Shown here piece after piece: positions 26,366-40,900 of a stretch of 64,000 nt of DNA. A model generated the notes under the pieces. That model worked only from the letters and a program-made list of their open reading frames with translations, searched no databases and had not been told where the DNA came from. Source of the DNA: the human T2T-CHM13v2.0 reference genome, Homo sapiens; assembly GCF_009914755.1 (NCBI RefSeq), contig NC_060944.1; one strand, written 5' to 3'. The position numbers and the translations under genes are program-made. Positions within the stretch are counted from its first letter, which is position 1. Each line of letters starts with the position of its first letter.

Positions 26366-28998
26366 ATTCAATTAAAGATTAATTAGTTCTGGAGATTTTT
26401 TAAAAATCTACTTTCATTAAACATTAAAATGGAATAAGGCAATTATTGTTTTAAGATCCTTGAAATTGCATTTAATAAATGAATATCTGTCCCCACACCT
26501 GACATATTTCACCCCTACTTTATTCTCTACTCTAATGAACCAAAAATATTTTTAAAAACAAATCAGTAGTCTTTGTAAAAACACCTCAAAGAGGTTCTGA
26601 TTACTACTAAGGTATTACTTAAATGCAAACATCTGAAAAATAAGACAATGAATTTTTTAAGGTATTTCTGCTGTCTTTTGTTCTCTTCAATCTACTCAGA
26701 ATGGTTCAACTGAAAGTATCTTGACTGAGGAATAAATTGGTGTGATTTATTGTTTAATTTGCCATTCAAGGCTGGGCGGCGATTCCCAAACCTGGCTTCC
26801 CATAGGTATCATCTGGGAAAACTGCTGCAACATATTCCTGGGGCCCTTTCAGACCTAATGAAGCATCCCCTCCACCTCCAACCTCCCCTGGGGAATATGG
26901 AGTTAGTCTTGCAGCCTAACACTTGGGATAGCTAAAAGGACAAAGTTAGAAAGGAAGATACTGTGTTTCCACAGGTCCTAGGTCACAAACTGGGATCCAG
27001 TAAAAAAACATAAACTGTTGAATTGGAATTAAATAATCAGTGAGTAGGGTGAAGGGGAAACTACTCTAGTACCAACCAACCAACCAAATACAACAGGCCC
27101 TGTTGCTCCAATCCATGGATGTCAGCACCTTTCCCGACCCCATAGAGCCTAGGCAAGCAAACAGTGGTGGAGCATGAGGGCTATAACTCAAAAAGTAAAT
27201 CTTTCCACACCATTTCTCTCCAGCTCTACTTCTCAATTTTCCACACTCTGATTCCACCTTTTCTCTTACTCAGCCCTTTGCCATTCACATGCTTATTCCT
27301 TTCTCTTTCCTCTTCCCTTTTCTCACTTCCTCTCTTTGCCTTCTTTTTTGATTCAGTTACGTCATTCTTTTCTTCTCTGCTTTCTCTTCCTCAGAAACAC
27401 TTCGTTACATAAAATAAACAAATTCATACTGGAGATATATGTCAGAAAATATTCAGCCTGAGTAAACTGAATGCCCTGTACAGAAACAACAGAGCAAAAC
27501 AGCACTTGAACAGTAACACTGGTGTGGCATAATTGAAGCCATGCAGAATGCTTCCAAATCCATTATCTCTTCTGAGTCTCATCTTGTGAGGTTTGAATGG
27601 TATACTGATTGTACTTAAAAACCTAAGGCACAGAGAAGGTTAAGTAATATGCAGTTACTAACCAAGAAGAGAAGAATCCAGACCTAGTTCACCATCTGGT
27701 CTTCTTTTCACCATACCAATAATATCTGACTGTAGGCAAGATGAGAGGGCAATGAGTAAGCACTAATATTATTTCAGGGCCTTATAACCCTTGTATATTA
27801 TGAACTACTCTTCATAAGAAAAAAGTATGCATTTTTTAAAGTATAAATTGCAATACGCAGTTTTAAAGGTTTCCTAAGTTCTTTTGTACTTCATACAAAT
27901 GAAGTTTGACTGCATATTGAAGGCATCCCACTGGTAATACTGTAGCCCAGAGATAGTTCTGGGGTCAGAATTAATACATAGACTCAAAGAATAAACATTG
28001 TGTTTATATAAACTGCATAGTTATACTATGTTTTATGAAAGTCCATTTATATGAAAATCTAATACATTCTCCAAGTCATCCATCTATAACTTATCCTCTC
28101 ATTAACTCTGAGAACTGCATTTCTTTATAATTAAAAAGAAGAGTTACCTTGTCTAAAGATAAAATTCAAAAAATTCACTTAAAAATTATTATAGATATTT
28201 TGTGATAACTTAATTTTAAGTAGAAATGGCCCCTAACAGAGAGCTTTCACTGTAATTCAATTTATGGCAAAATGATCAATTAGGCTAAATAAACCAAATG
28301 AAGAACCTTCCAAATGATCCACAGTGTAGAGTGTGTGAGAGTGTAAGTGAGCCACAACACGAGTGAGACCATGGCATACAGTCCAGTTGGATTAAACTGT
28401 GACCATGCTCTACACAATCCCAATCAATTAGAACCCATGGGGCCGAGATTCTATGTTCACTGAGAAAATTAAATCTTAAGAAACTTACTAATATAAATTT
28501 ATGTCTTGTCAATAATCCCAAATGCTTCCTCTAATGTAATATTTCAAGATCACATTTATAATCCACCAACTGTGCCAAGGATTGGGCACCCTATCTTCAA
28601 CTTTCTAGCTGGTAAAATAATTTCCAGTGATTCCCAAAGTAGCTACCCTCAAAGTCATTTGAGGTGCTTGTTAAAATAAAAATCTTCATGCGACTTATAT
28701 TCTGTACCCTGATTCTAACAAACCAACTAGAAGATGGTATATTTGAGAAAATCAGGGAAATTTGCTTAAAGACTGGATGTGAGATGAAGCTGAAGACCTG
28801 CTGCTGCTCTTGTTAAGTGTGATATCACGGTACCCACCCAAAGTGTTCACAGCAGTGAAATAATATGATGGCTGGGATTTTCTTTCAGATATTTCAGCAA
28901 AGAAAAAAGGGACAGATGAAGCAAACATGGTAAGATTGTGATAAGTGTCGGATCTGGATATTGAGTACCAATGCACTTTTCTAGTTTTGTATAATTTT

Positions 28999-29293
<295 letters not shown>

Positions 29294-30500
29294 AGTTTTG
29301 TATAATTTTTATGTCTCTTCATTAAAAAATTTTTTGCAGACTCCATCCTAGACACAGTATACCAGAGTCGCCAAAGGGCTAAGCTCAGGAATCTACTCTT
29401 AACCTCTCCAAGAGTCTTATATAGTCAGGCAGGCAATGATCATACTTGGAGGCCATTAGAAATGATCTAATACAAAACGTTCAAACTTAAAATTTTTAGT
29501 ATTCTCATTTTCTGCTCAGTAAGCTCAATTTCAACACCGTTCACAGTTCCTCATATCCACCATGGCATTCTGCCAAGGAACTACAACTCGTGTTCTCTAA
29601 GCCCATCTGTTCTGAGAATGCTGGACCGGTTAGTAACTTCTAACCTTGCTTAAACTTTGCTCTCTCAAGGTGTCCCTGACTGAACTGCAGAAATCAGAAC
29701 AACTGTACTCACCATCTCTTTCTGTATATGCCATGTCTCCACAGAGGCCACGGTGTCTTCACAAAGCTAACTGCCACGATTTTCACAGGTGATATTTTTT
29801 CTTCATGATTTTCCACTTTCTACTTGAGCATTAAAATATCAGGGAAAAAAGAAGATAATCATTTAGCAGTTGGTAAAATAAGATATCTGCCCCAGCACAG
29901 TACATGCTAAGTGTTCAGAATCTATAGTTATAATGGGTAATTATAAATTAGATAGCTGTTAAAATAGTTTTATTAGATAAGTAATATTTTTCTCATCTTC
30001 AAGACTTAAAAAATTAACTGTTTTAAGTGATATTCAAAAAAGGAAGATACTCATATCTTCCCAATTAAACCAGATTTTCTATAGCAATCATATAGCAATC
30101 TATAACAATCTTAATCCAAATCATTCACCAAAGTTGTTTGACTTACTTAAAGTAAAGCTGTAGACATTTGCTTCTTCAAAAGTATCTTGCAAAGCCATTA
30201 TGAGTTGGAAGAAAAGTTTAAATGCACCACATTTTTCTACTCCATTGTAAGAAAAATTACTACTCACAGGAATTGTGTAGCTTCTGCATTTTGGTCCATC
30301 ACATTTTCCACCATTATATGAGTGTACTCTTAAGGTTCTCACTTTATCATCAGCCTAATATGTTTTGCTTCCAGAATGCCCAGTAAAGCTGAAATTTTTC
30401 ATTTAAAGTGATAAAAAAAATTCCCCATATATCTACTTAACACTCTTAGATCTGAGTTCTGGCAAGACAGTTTAATGCATACAAAATGAAAACACTGCAT

Positions 30501-30556
30501 TTCTCTCTCTCTCTCTCTCTCTCTCTCCCTCTCCCTCACACACACACACACACACA
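30501..30556. repeat. Compound (CT)n(CA)n microsatellite
   Basis: Visible directly in the sequence. Confidence 0.9.
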
Positions 30557-31226
30557 AATGCACAGATTAAAACCTCAAAGTTTTCACTATATTTCCTCTT
30601 TCTTATACAGCTCAATTGTTAACATGTAGCTTACTTATAATCTAAAAACAATTTTAAACATGATTGTCCTAAAAATATCTTAAAACAGAGATGAAATGTA
30701 TAAAAGCACACATAAATTGTCAATGGTTACATTGGTTACATCACATTTCTTTAGAAACATAACGGTTTCTGCTCCTGTAAACAAACTGTTTCTCTCATAC
30801 ATTTAAACTGAAGTAGAGTTGACATAAAATTATTGCTCTTCTCACAGTCTGAGTGTTTGCACTGTGTTTGAGGTACATTTTCTCCATCTTCACAGCCCCA
30901 CCACTCTTACTTGAGAGTATGAGTCAACAGAAGTTTGCAGGCTAAAACCATTCAATAATATTTTCATCAATACTGGAATGATAGTAAGTAACATTACAAA
31001 ACATCAGAGACCAAAAATGTTTCTTTGTTGGAGCCCAAGATTTTAACTTATTCTATTTTAACTTATTCTTCATCACCTGAAAATACTGCTCTTTCAGCCT
31101 CTTTAAGAAAAAAAGATTCTGGAGACGAATAACTCCTTCCTTAAGGCTTCACCCAAGACTATTCCTTCACACTTACAGTCCGATGCTTTGTTGTTTTCAT
31201 CCATTTGATATTGCAGGCACCAAGAA

Positions 31227-32515
31227 TCACCTTTCCTTTGGTGATCTAGCATAACCATCTCTTACGCTTTTTGCTAGTTGTTTGATAAATATTTTGTAAA
31301 TTTTTCCATGGTATGTATGCACTGTTATTTGTAGTTCCAGTTCTAAAGGTTTTATTAGGGAATGAACGTTGTCATCTTAAAAGAACAATTTCTCAGTGCT
31401 TCATAAACAGCCCTAAATGCTGGTTGCTTACCATCATGGTAAACACCCCTGTTCCCATGAAGAATAAAGATTCCTTCTTCTGCTTCTTGGCAACTGCTTC
31501 CATATAGAGTATGATCTGGATGACACTTCCATTGACACGGAAAAACAAAAAGGCTTTCTGGATTATGAAAAAACATGATATTTAACAGATTTTGATCGCC
31601 CATGTAATGTCCAGCTTGTATTTTTTAAGCCATGTCATAAGTATATCTTCCCATTGTATTCACACAGTTGTCATATCATTCTCGAAACACTTCATTCTCA
31701 TTCGAATCATGTTTGTCAACATAACTCCAGAGTTTACTCCAGTTTTTCCACATTTTGGATGACTAGCAAAGAGACTATACCATCCTATTCTAGGTTCCCT
31801 ATGTTCTGGTGCCATTGCAGCAACTTGTGTGGAATTAAATTTCTTTAATAAAGACCAAATATAATCAACGGGTCATTAAAAAGGCCATCAGTGTCGGCAT
31901 ACAATAGGGAGTCAACTTCTTTCAGGATTAAAGGCAAGAACGATCTCTGCGAAACAGGTGGTTTAGTTTTTCCACTCTGCTGCATTCTCACTTGGAAAGG
32001 TTATGGGGTATATTGTATAATTAAATATTTGGAGAAATGACCCCTGTCACATCTTCCTTTAAAGCTGTGATGTAGCTGAACTTCAGCAAAAATCTGGAAT
32101 TGAAGAGGTTTGATGCTGAAAATGATAGCTGACTTCAACATGGTCATAGTTTCTTCCAGACTTTCACCACAGGTAACTACAGCTAGAAGCATTTTCTCAA
32201 CAGGCTGTATTTTCAGTCTACACCTGTCCCACCCGCCGGAATGCGCCACAGGGCCCGCGCTGCCAGCGCCTCTCACTGCACCGCGTCCTGCGCCCGCGAG
32301 CCAGGAAGCCACCGCAGCCTGCGGCTTCCAGCCACAGCCGCCCGCTCATTCCTCCAGGGACTTGGCCAGCTGGCTGAAGGCATAAAGGAGGGAGCAGAAG
32401 CTGCAGGTCAGACACAGCGCCACCACGCGCGGCTAGCGCCGCATCGCCCCAGCCGCGCTCCTCAGTCTGTCTCGCCGCGCCTTCCCTGGGTGAACTGGAG
32501 CGGAGGGAGCCTACT
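31227..32515 (-). pseudogene. GXYLT1P: GXYLT1 processed pseudogene: CDS 32444-31227 plus 5' UTR; the 3' UTR continues left to a boundary I could not place
   Basis: MRR*PRVVALCL..FCSLLYAFSQLA; LKIQPVEKMLLAVVTCGE.LEETMTMLKSAIIFSIKPLQF; [24 protein letters not shown]; ends AKSVRDGYARSPKER*. Intronless, with an early stop and frameshifts. Confidence 0.96.
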
Positions 32516-32801
32516 TCTGGAAATTTTTTTTCTCCATGGATTCAGCAGCAGTGTCTAAAGGCAAAAATTTCATCAACCAATCATTTATATTTATTTTAAT
32601 ATAAAGATAAAACACTGCGAACCAGTGGAACTGGATAGAAAGTAATTCAATTTTACAGAATACAGCCTTTTTTCAGGCTCTTTTATTTTATTTAAGAATT
32701 CATTATCACCAAAATAGTTTAACGAGACTGTTTTGTAAGAGGCAGTTGTTGCATTCAAAAATTAGAATAGGAACAATGACTTGTAAAAATTTAACATTTT
32801 A

Positions 32802-33093
<292 letters not shown>

Positions 33094-33221
33094 AAAATTT
33101 AACATTTTAAACTACCACTTATTATATTCACTCTATGATTTGACACATCTTTTTTGGTGGCCACAAAATTATAAAATGGATACAGAATGGTCTCTTCAAA
33201 AAATTAGGGAAGTTCTTTCTT

Positions 33222-33574
33222 TCTTTTCTTTTCCTTTTTTTTTCTTTTTTCTTTTTCTTTTTTTTTTTTTTCTTTTTTTGAGACGGACTCCCTTTCTGTC
33301 ACCCAGACTAGAGTGCAGCAGCGCGATCTCAGCTCACTGCAACCTCTGCCTCCCAGGTTTAAGAAATTCTCTGCCTCAGCCTCCCAAATAGCTGGGATTA
33401 CAGGCTCGTGCCACCATGCCCAGCTAATTTTTTTTTCTATTTTTAGTAGAGACGAGGTTTCGACATCTTGGCCAGGCTGGTCTTGAACTCCTGACCTCGT
33501 GATATACACCCCTCAGCCTCCCAAAATCCCAAAATCACGCCTGGGATTACAGGCTTGAGTGACCGCGCCCAGCC
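33222..33574 (-). mobile_element. AluS with long T/C tail; TSD gaagttctttctt
   Basis: Full Alu with a small internal duplication (cccaaaatcccaaaatc). Confidence 0.92.
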
Positions 33575-33892
33575 AGAAGTTCTTTCTTCTTAAAAGGATT
33601 ACAAAAATAATTCGCACTGGCATGACACTTTAACTAATACAGATTGACATTTTTTATTCAAATAACCCATTTGTACATGTAAATTAATTTTGGTCGGTAT
33701 GTGTGTGTGCATGTGTGTGTGTGTGGATGTGTGTGTGGATGTGTAGATGTAAATGGCAGTAAAGGGTAAAACGGAAGGTGAAAAAAAGGGAAATGGTCTA
33801 ACATTTTAAACACATTTTTTAAATACTCAAAACATATGTACTAAAAACAATGGTGTGGTAAAAACAAATATTGCAAACTAGAAAAAAGACTT

Positions 33893-35815
33893 AGCCCCAC
33901 CCCGTCCAGTCCTGTCCCATCCCGCTGCCGCACCCGCCAGCCATGAGCTCCACGCAGTTCAACAAGGGCCCCTCCTACAGGCTTTTTGCAGAGGTCACGA
34001 ACCGGCTTCTGTCCAAATATGACCCCAGAAGACGGCAGAGCTCCGCAGCTGGATCGAGGGACTCACCAGCCGCTTCATCGGCCCCACTTCCAGAAAGGCT
34101 GGAAGGACGGGATTATCTTACACACACTCATGAACAAGATGCAGCCGGGCTCAGTCCCCATATCAACCGCTCCGTGCAGAACTGGCACCAGCTAGAAAAC
34201 TTCCCCAGCTTCATCAAGGCCATGGTCAGCTACAGCATGAACCTCGTGGACCTATTTGAGGCCAACGACCTGTTTGAGAGTGGGAACGTGAGGCAGGTGC
34301 AGGTGTCTCTTCTCGCCTTGGCAGGGAAGGAAGGCCAAGACTAAGGGGCTGCGGAGCGGGAGGGACATCAGTGACAAGTACTCGGAGAAGCAGGAGCGGA
34401 ATTTTCAATACGCCATTATGAAGGCGGGCCAGTGCGTCATCGGGCTGCAGATGGGCACCAACAAATGCTTCAGCCAGCCAGGCATGACCACGTATGGCAC
34501 GAAGAGGCATCTCTACGACCCCAAGAACCACATCCTGCCCCCCATGGACCACTCGACCATCAGCCTCCAGATGGGCATAAACAAGTGCGCCAGCCAGGTG
34601 GGCATGACGGCTCTCGGGACCGGCGGCACATCTATGATACCAGGCTGGGAATCAACAAGTGTGACAACTCCTCCATGTCCCTGCAGACAGTCTACACGCA
34701 GGGTGCCAACCAGAGCGGCCAAGTCTTCAGCCTGGGCCAGCAGATATATGACCACAAGTACTGTCCGCAAGGCCCAGTGACCCACGGGGCTCCCTCGGGC
34801 GCCGGAGACTGCCCTGGCCCAGGGGAGGCCCCTGAATATCCTCATTACTACCAGGAGGAGGCCGGCTACTGAGGCTCCCAGCACGCTCTCTCCGCATATG
34901 GTCTCCCTTCTGGGTGTTTGGGTCTCTCTGTTTACTTTTCTTTTAACCTGTTCAGTGCTGCCAATCAACCGAGGGTCTGTGAATGGCAGCGTGGGATCAG
35001 GAGGCAGGGCTTTTTGCCCCTCTTACTTTGGTTCCTTCTCAGGACTGAGCCACTGGGCTGTAGGAGAAGAGGTCAAGGCCATATCCCGATGCGTGTAGGG
35101 TGAGGGTCCCCGCTGGCACATCCAGACTGTGGGCCGAGCTGTGCTGGGGAGAAGAGACCTGGGCATGGAGGGAACCGGTCCCCAAAGGTTTCTGGTTGCC
35201 TCTTCTCTTCCCCCTTTTGTCAGCCGATCAGTTTGTGGTTTCTGTACCCGCAAAAGTTTCAGGACGTATTATGAAAAGAAAAAAAAAACTTTTTTTCCCC
35301 GAGGAATTGGGCGGAGACAGTGGAGAGGGTGCTGGAAAAATGAGTCCGCTGGGAGAGCAGGGCCGGCCACGATGCTAAAATATCTCAGGATCCTGAGTGG
35401 CTGGATTTCCCTAGGACCCTCAGACCAACAGACCTCAGACCCTCAGACCTACGCCGGGGCCCGGTAGGAAATTGAGGCCCGTACAAGGTAGTGGAATTCT
35501 GAGTTGTTAGTGCTAAGCCTGACCCCTCTCCATGCTAGCCATTCCCCGGCGCCGTGGCCCTCAGTGGGGTTTATTTGTTTGTTTGTTTTTGAGATGGAGT
35601 CTCACTCTGTTGCCGAGGCTGAAGCATAGCGGTGCGATATCGGCTCACTGCACCTCTGCCTCCAGGCTTAAGCAATTCTCCTGCCTCAACCTTCAGAGTA
35701 GCTGGGATTACTGGCACGCACCACCACGCCCAGCTAATGTTTTGTATGTTTAATTGAGACGGGAGTTTCACCATGTTGGCCAGGCTGTCTGGAACTCTTG
35801 CCCTCATGTGATCTG
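33893..35815 (+). pseudogene. CNN2P: CNN2 (calponin 2) processed pseudogene: ATG 33943, stop 34870-34872, then 3' UTR running into an Alu; 3' end cut off
   Basis: MSSTQFNKGPSY...LLSKYDP; NWHQLENF..FIKAMVSY; KAGQCVIGLQMGTNKC; YQEEAGY*. Intronless, with several frameshifts. Confidence 0.97.
35570..35815 (-). mobile_element. Alu truncated at its 5' end, possibly part of the CNN2 3' UTR
   Basis: (TTTG)n tail, then Alu stopping at ...catgtgatctgc. Confidence 0.85.
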
Positions 35816-36178
35816 CAGAGGAGAGTTAGCAGTCTCGATAAGCCAGAGCTGCTTGTATTTATTCAGTAACTGTATAATGTCCAAGGCCCGGAGCCAACAC
35901 AATTGCTGGGTAATTAACATCATTGCTCCCCCTTACAGGGAGCAGTCTCATGCTCAGAGGTTCAAAAGTCAATTTCCTGATGACATAAGTAAACAAGCCT
36001 ATTTAGATAAACTCCTTACTTTTCCTTGCACCTACTTCTTGCCCTTAGCCTCAGAGTAAGAGAATTATCTTCCTTCACCTTTATTCTCTCATGAAGCTTT
36101 TGCAAGACCTTCCAACCTTTCAAGAGGGCTTGCGTCTTTCCTTATAGCTTCTCCCACCACCCTGACCAATCTCCTACA
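35816..36178 (-). mobile_element. LTR22 (HERV-K22/HML-5) LTR, 3'-truncated
   Basis: Minus strand begins TGTAGGAGATTGGTCAGGGTGGTGGGAGAAG...GAAAGACGCAA, like LTR22. Confidence 0.75.
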
Positions 36179-36450
36179 TCACTGGTCATTAGAGAAATGC
36201 AAATCAAAACCACAGTGAGATACCATCCCATGCCAGTTAGAATGGCGACCACTAAAAAGTCAGGAAACAATAGATGCTGGAGAGGATATGGAGAAATCAG
36301 AATGCTTTTACACTGTTGATGGGAGTGTAAGTTAGTTCAACTATTGTGGAAGGCAGTGTGGTGATTTCCCAAGGATCTAGAACCAGAAATACCATTTGAC
36401 CCAGCAATCCCATTACTGGGTTTCTACCCAAAGTATTATAAATCATTCCA
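36179..36450 (+). mobile_element. L1PA ORF2 3' fragment
   Basis: tcactggtcattagagaaatgcaaatcaaaaccacagtgagatacc...gacccagcaatcccattactggg. Confidence 0.9.
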
Positions 36451-36742
36451 CATTTATTTTGACATGGAGTTTCACTCTCGTTGTCCAGGTTGGAGTGTGA
36501 TGGCGTGATCTTGGCTCACTGCAACCACCACTTCCTGGGTTAAAGTGATTCCCTTGCCTCAGCTTCCTGAGTAGCTGGGATTACAGGCACCTGCCACCAT
36601 GCCCAGCTAATGTTTGTATTTTTAGTAGAGACAGGGTTTCACCATGTTGGCCAGGCTGGTCTCAAACTCCTGACCTCAGGTAATCCACCCATCTCAGACT
36701 TCCAAAGTGCTGGGATTACAGGAGTAAACCACCACTCCCAAG
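36451..36742 (-). mobile_element. AluS
   Basis: Antisense Alu body. Confidence 0.9.
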
Positions 36743-37043
36743 CACCCTCATTTTTTTTATAGCTCATACTATGTTAACAAATTTTATCAATAGTAATTCA
36801 AAACATCTTCAGATTCTGTTCCTGTCTCACCACCATCACTACCACCCTGATCCAAACCACCATCCCTCCACTCTCCAGTTAGGTTTACTGCTATAGCCCC
36901 TAACTGGTGTTCCTACTTCCCTGTAGCCCCTTGCCTTCAGTCTATTCTAGTCTCTGCAATTAGGTTGGTTCTTTAAGAATATGTCAGACTGAGCCATTCT
37001 TCTGTTTAAACCCTCCAATGACTTCACTCTCCATCCCACTCAA

Positions 37044-37481
37044 TGCATTAGTTTCCTCAGGCTACTGTAACAAATTACCACCAACTGAGTAGCTTAAAAG
37101 TACAGAAATTTATTCTCTCACAGTTCTGGAGGCTAGGAGTTGAAAGTAAGGTGTCATCAGGGTCATGGTCTCTTTGAACCCTCCAGGGGAGGATCCTTCC
37201 TTGTCTTTTCCTAGCTTCTCACAGTTGCCATCAATCCTTGGCATTCTTTGGCTTGTAGTTACATGGCTCCAATCTCTTCCTTCATCTTCACATACCTTAT
37301 CTACTGTGTGTTTTTCCAAATATCCTCGTTCTTACAAGCACACTAGTCATTGATAAGGGTCCATCTGAATCCACTTAAGTTGACTGACTAGGCAAGATTT
37401 TATTTCCAAGTAAGGTCATATTTACAAGTACTGAGAGTTGGGACTTGAACATCTTTTTGGGGAAGACAAAATTCAACCCAC
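37044..37481 (-). mobile_element. MLT1C/D-like MaLR LTR
   Basis: gctactgtaacaaattaccac...ttattctctcacagttctggaggctagg...caaaattcaaccc. Confidence 0.85.
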
Positions 37482-37514
37482 AGTACTCAAATCCAAAGCC
37501 CTTACCATGCACAC

Positions 37515-37680
37515 ATCTCCAGTCCTTTGGTATTCAAAGTGTGATACACAGACCAGTAGCACCAGCATCCCCTGAAACTTGTAAGAAATATAAACACTCC
37601 AGAGCACCTGAATCAGAATCTTTATTTTAATGTGAAACCTAAGTGATTTATATGCAAATTAGAATCTGAGAAGCATACCC
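37515..37680 (+). mobile_element. MER5A-like fragment
   Basis: tattcaaagtgtg...agcaccagcatcccctgaaacttgtaagaaat...cacctgaatcagaatc. Confidence 0.6.
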
Positions 37681-37974
37681 CTCAAAACGACATGCCTACT
37701 TTTCTTATTATTTCATCTGCTCCTCACTCCATATCACTCTGTCATTACTCTGCTCGTGTCATATTGGCCTTTTTGATATTCCTGTAGTGCCTGGACTATT
37801 CCTCCTCCAGATATTTGTATGGGTTATTTACTCACCTGCACCAGATATAAAGATATAGTTATTATATATAGTGATACATAATTACACATATATTATAACT
37901 TCAGTGCAGTTGTTCCTGGATATTCTATTTTAAATATACATCCTATCAACCCATTATTCCTTGCTTTATTTTTC

Positions 37975-40900
37975 TTTTTTTATTCAAAAGTATTTATTTC
38001 CACAAATTTTTATCCACAGCTAAATATTAAAGTGACTATTCCAAGCAATTTTCTATAAACAAAGGTGTAGTTTACAGATTTGATCAAAGTGGAAAAATAT
38101 TTTCATCAGTAGTCTGCCTCCATGGTGTTAGGTTCACCGCCAAATATGTTCTGAACTCTTCCGGAGAGGCAGCCCTTCCTCTAAATGTCAGTGGGCGGCA
38201 AAATGTTATATTAAAATCTGGATTATTCTGATACAGTGTCACTTCAGAAAGTAGGTGAGTTTCATTTCTGGTTGATCCCCTTTGGTAGAATTAGGAACTT
38301 TTTTTTTGAAAAACAATCTTTTGTATCTAATGACCTTTACAATAATAAGAAACCCTGTTCTGTGTTTGTCATTGGCATTAACCTCTGTCTACACCCTCTA
38401 ATTCTCTAATTATGGCACCAATGGGTACAAAAGGTGAATTATGGTTATTTGGTTCATGCAGCAAATTAATTGGAGAAACTGATGACAAATAGTCTGTGAA
38501 GAACTACAAGGTCTTGCCCCATGCTGTCCCATTTTAGTTACCATTTAGTTATGCAGGCATTATACAACTGCCTCAATTTAGGACACCCTTGCTGTCTTAG
38601 TAGGTCAAGTGTATGAAAATTTACTTTATGCAGAAGAAATAAATTCTAATTTATTGGTTACTGGAACCTTAATGTATGAAGGCTCTAAGTAAATATTTGA
38701 TGAATTGATGGTAGCAGCATTAATGTTTAAATATTCCAAGCTTCCAAGTTTTGTTTTCTTTTTGTTTTTACAAAAGGCTTAAAATTTGGTACTAGGGAAA
38801 TCAAAGGAATCAACTCCCAACGTCATGCTTCATGGAAAGGGAAAAATGTCTACCTTTGGGTCTAATCTGCCTCCCAGGAGAACCTACAGGTACTAGAACT
38901 CTAACTGCAACTATGATGGCACAGGGAAAATGCATGTATGTAATATGCTTGCCGGCTTCAGCAACAACTCATGTATACATGCACATTTACTATAAGTAAA
39001 CAGGTCTCGTATAATACTTAAAACACAAGTGTTTGATCTATAAATATTTGATTCTTAATATTTAAAATGCTTCTAATGTTTTAAAAGACAAAACTCCACC
39101 ATGATATCACTTTAAACATTAAAATTATTCCCACAGAAACACTTATTTCAGACAAACAATTGAGAAGTCAGTTATCTTAGTCACCACTAAAGGCACCTGG
39201 TGGGAAAAGTGTCATCTAAATTTTAAATATTAAAAAATTAAAGAGACATCTAGTGCAGAGTTCAAACCTTTATGTTGAATTGTTAAAGAGTCATTACTGA
39301 TTTCATGACGCTGATAAGTGTTTGAGTTGAAATGATTTTTAAAAATGCAGAGAAAATGCTAACAAAATATTATATAGTTCCCCTAAAGATGCTTCTTCTA
39401 ACCTCCAAATATTAAACAAGACAGATCTAAATATTAAGTACATATGAAGTATATATTTGTTAGTCATCTATAAATTTTAAGTACAATTCCAGTGATATAT
39501 CTTTATCTTTTGGAAGAGAAGAACTAAACCTGCCATTTCTTAGGCTAAATGGACTATTCATAAGGTCCTCCCCTCCCCATTTATTCTAATTGCCAAGCTT
39601 TTATTCAGTAAGCTCTTGGCACCTAGTGATTAACCAGTGACAGCAGAGTGTAGTGACCAAGAGACATGGAGAGAATGATGGTGTAAGACAGTATATAAGG
39701 ATAGTAAGCCACTGTGTTTGTGGAACCACTGCATGTCAAAACTCCTTAACACTCTAACAAGTCATTTTTGGTCTTTAAAGATTAAGGACAGTCCTTACAT
39801 AAGAGACTCAGTTTCAAACTAAAGTGCATCAAAAAGCAAATTATACTTCACAAACAACTTTAAAGAGGTAGCCACAAACCCAGTTGTTTTAGGTTGGCCT
39901 TCTAAATGAAGTCAGCACATGGATCCACGTGTGAGTGTCATGGACGTCAGTGATTATGTAACTGTAACTGAAAGAAAAAGGCACAGCTCTGCAGACACCC
40001 AAGAGAAGCTGGCATGTTTAATGTGGATGTAGAGGGTATAATGCCCATGGCAACTGATTGGAACACAACTGTCACCAGCCTTAACACAGGCTAAGACTGG
40101 GTTAAGCCCCAGGAGATGCAGAGAACGACTAAGGAAGCTGTGCTCTAAGCGCACAGTACAGAAGGTAGCTTGGAGTGTGCTGTGTTTCCGAGAGCCTTTT
40201 AAGTTGGGTGGTTGAGTAAAGGAGGGTGGAGGCAGGCTGTTCTACTTCCAATCCATGGATAAATCTCATTTTCTTAATGTAATACAGAGGCTGTTCTTCT
40301 ATGATTTGCAAACACTATTTGTTCTTATCATGGAAACAGCATACTGCTATCAAGAAATAGGGAAAAGACAGTAAAAAAAATGTGTGGAAAGAATATGGAA
40401 TACCATGCAGCCATAAAAAATGATGAGTTCATGTCCTTTGTAGGGACATGGATGAAGCTGGAAACCATCATTCTCAGCAAACTATTGCAAGGACAAAAAA
40501 CCAAACGCCGCATGTTCTCACTCATAGGTGGGAATTGAACAATGAGAACACTTGGACACAGGAAGGCGAACATCACACACCGGGGCCTGTTGTAGGGTGC
40601 GGGGAGGGGGTAGGGATAGCATTAGGAGATATACCTAATGTAAATGACCAGTTAATGGGTGCAGCAAACCAACATGGCACATGTATACATATGTAACAAA
40701 CCTGCACATTGTGCACATGTACCGTAGAACTTAAAGTATAATAAAAAACTGTGGAAAGAATAATATGGGTTTCTAACTGAATGCTTGCTTTTGAAGAGCC
40801 CAAAAACAAACAAACAAAAAATTCTAAGAGCAGCAAACATCTACGTCTGTTATATTATTGAATTACTCTTTTTTAAAATCCTTATTTCATAGGAGAGATA

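Larger units (their letters stand above)
36790..37974 (+). mobile_element. L2 fragment (left part), interrupted by MLT1 and MER5A; continues at 43310
   Basis: ccaccctgatccaaaccaccatc...cctaactggtgttcctacttcc...ccctccaatgacttc; ccttgctttatttttct. Confidence 0.6.

Noticed and set aside
33943-34872. Functional calponin gene
   Set aside because: Intronless and split across several frames by indels.
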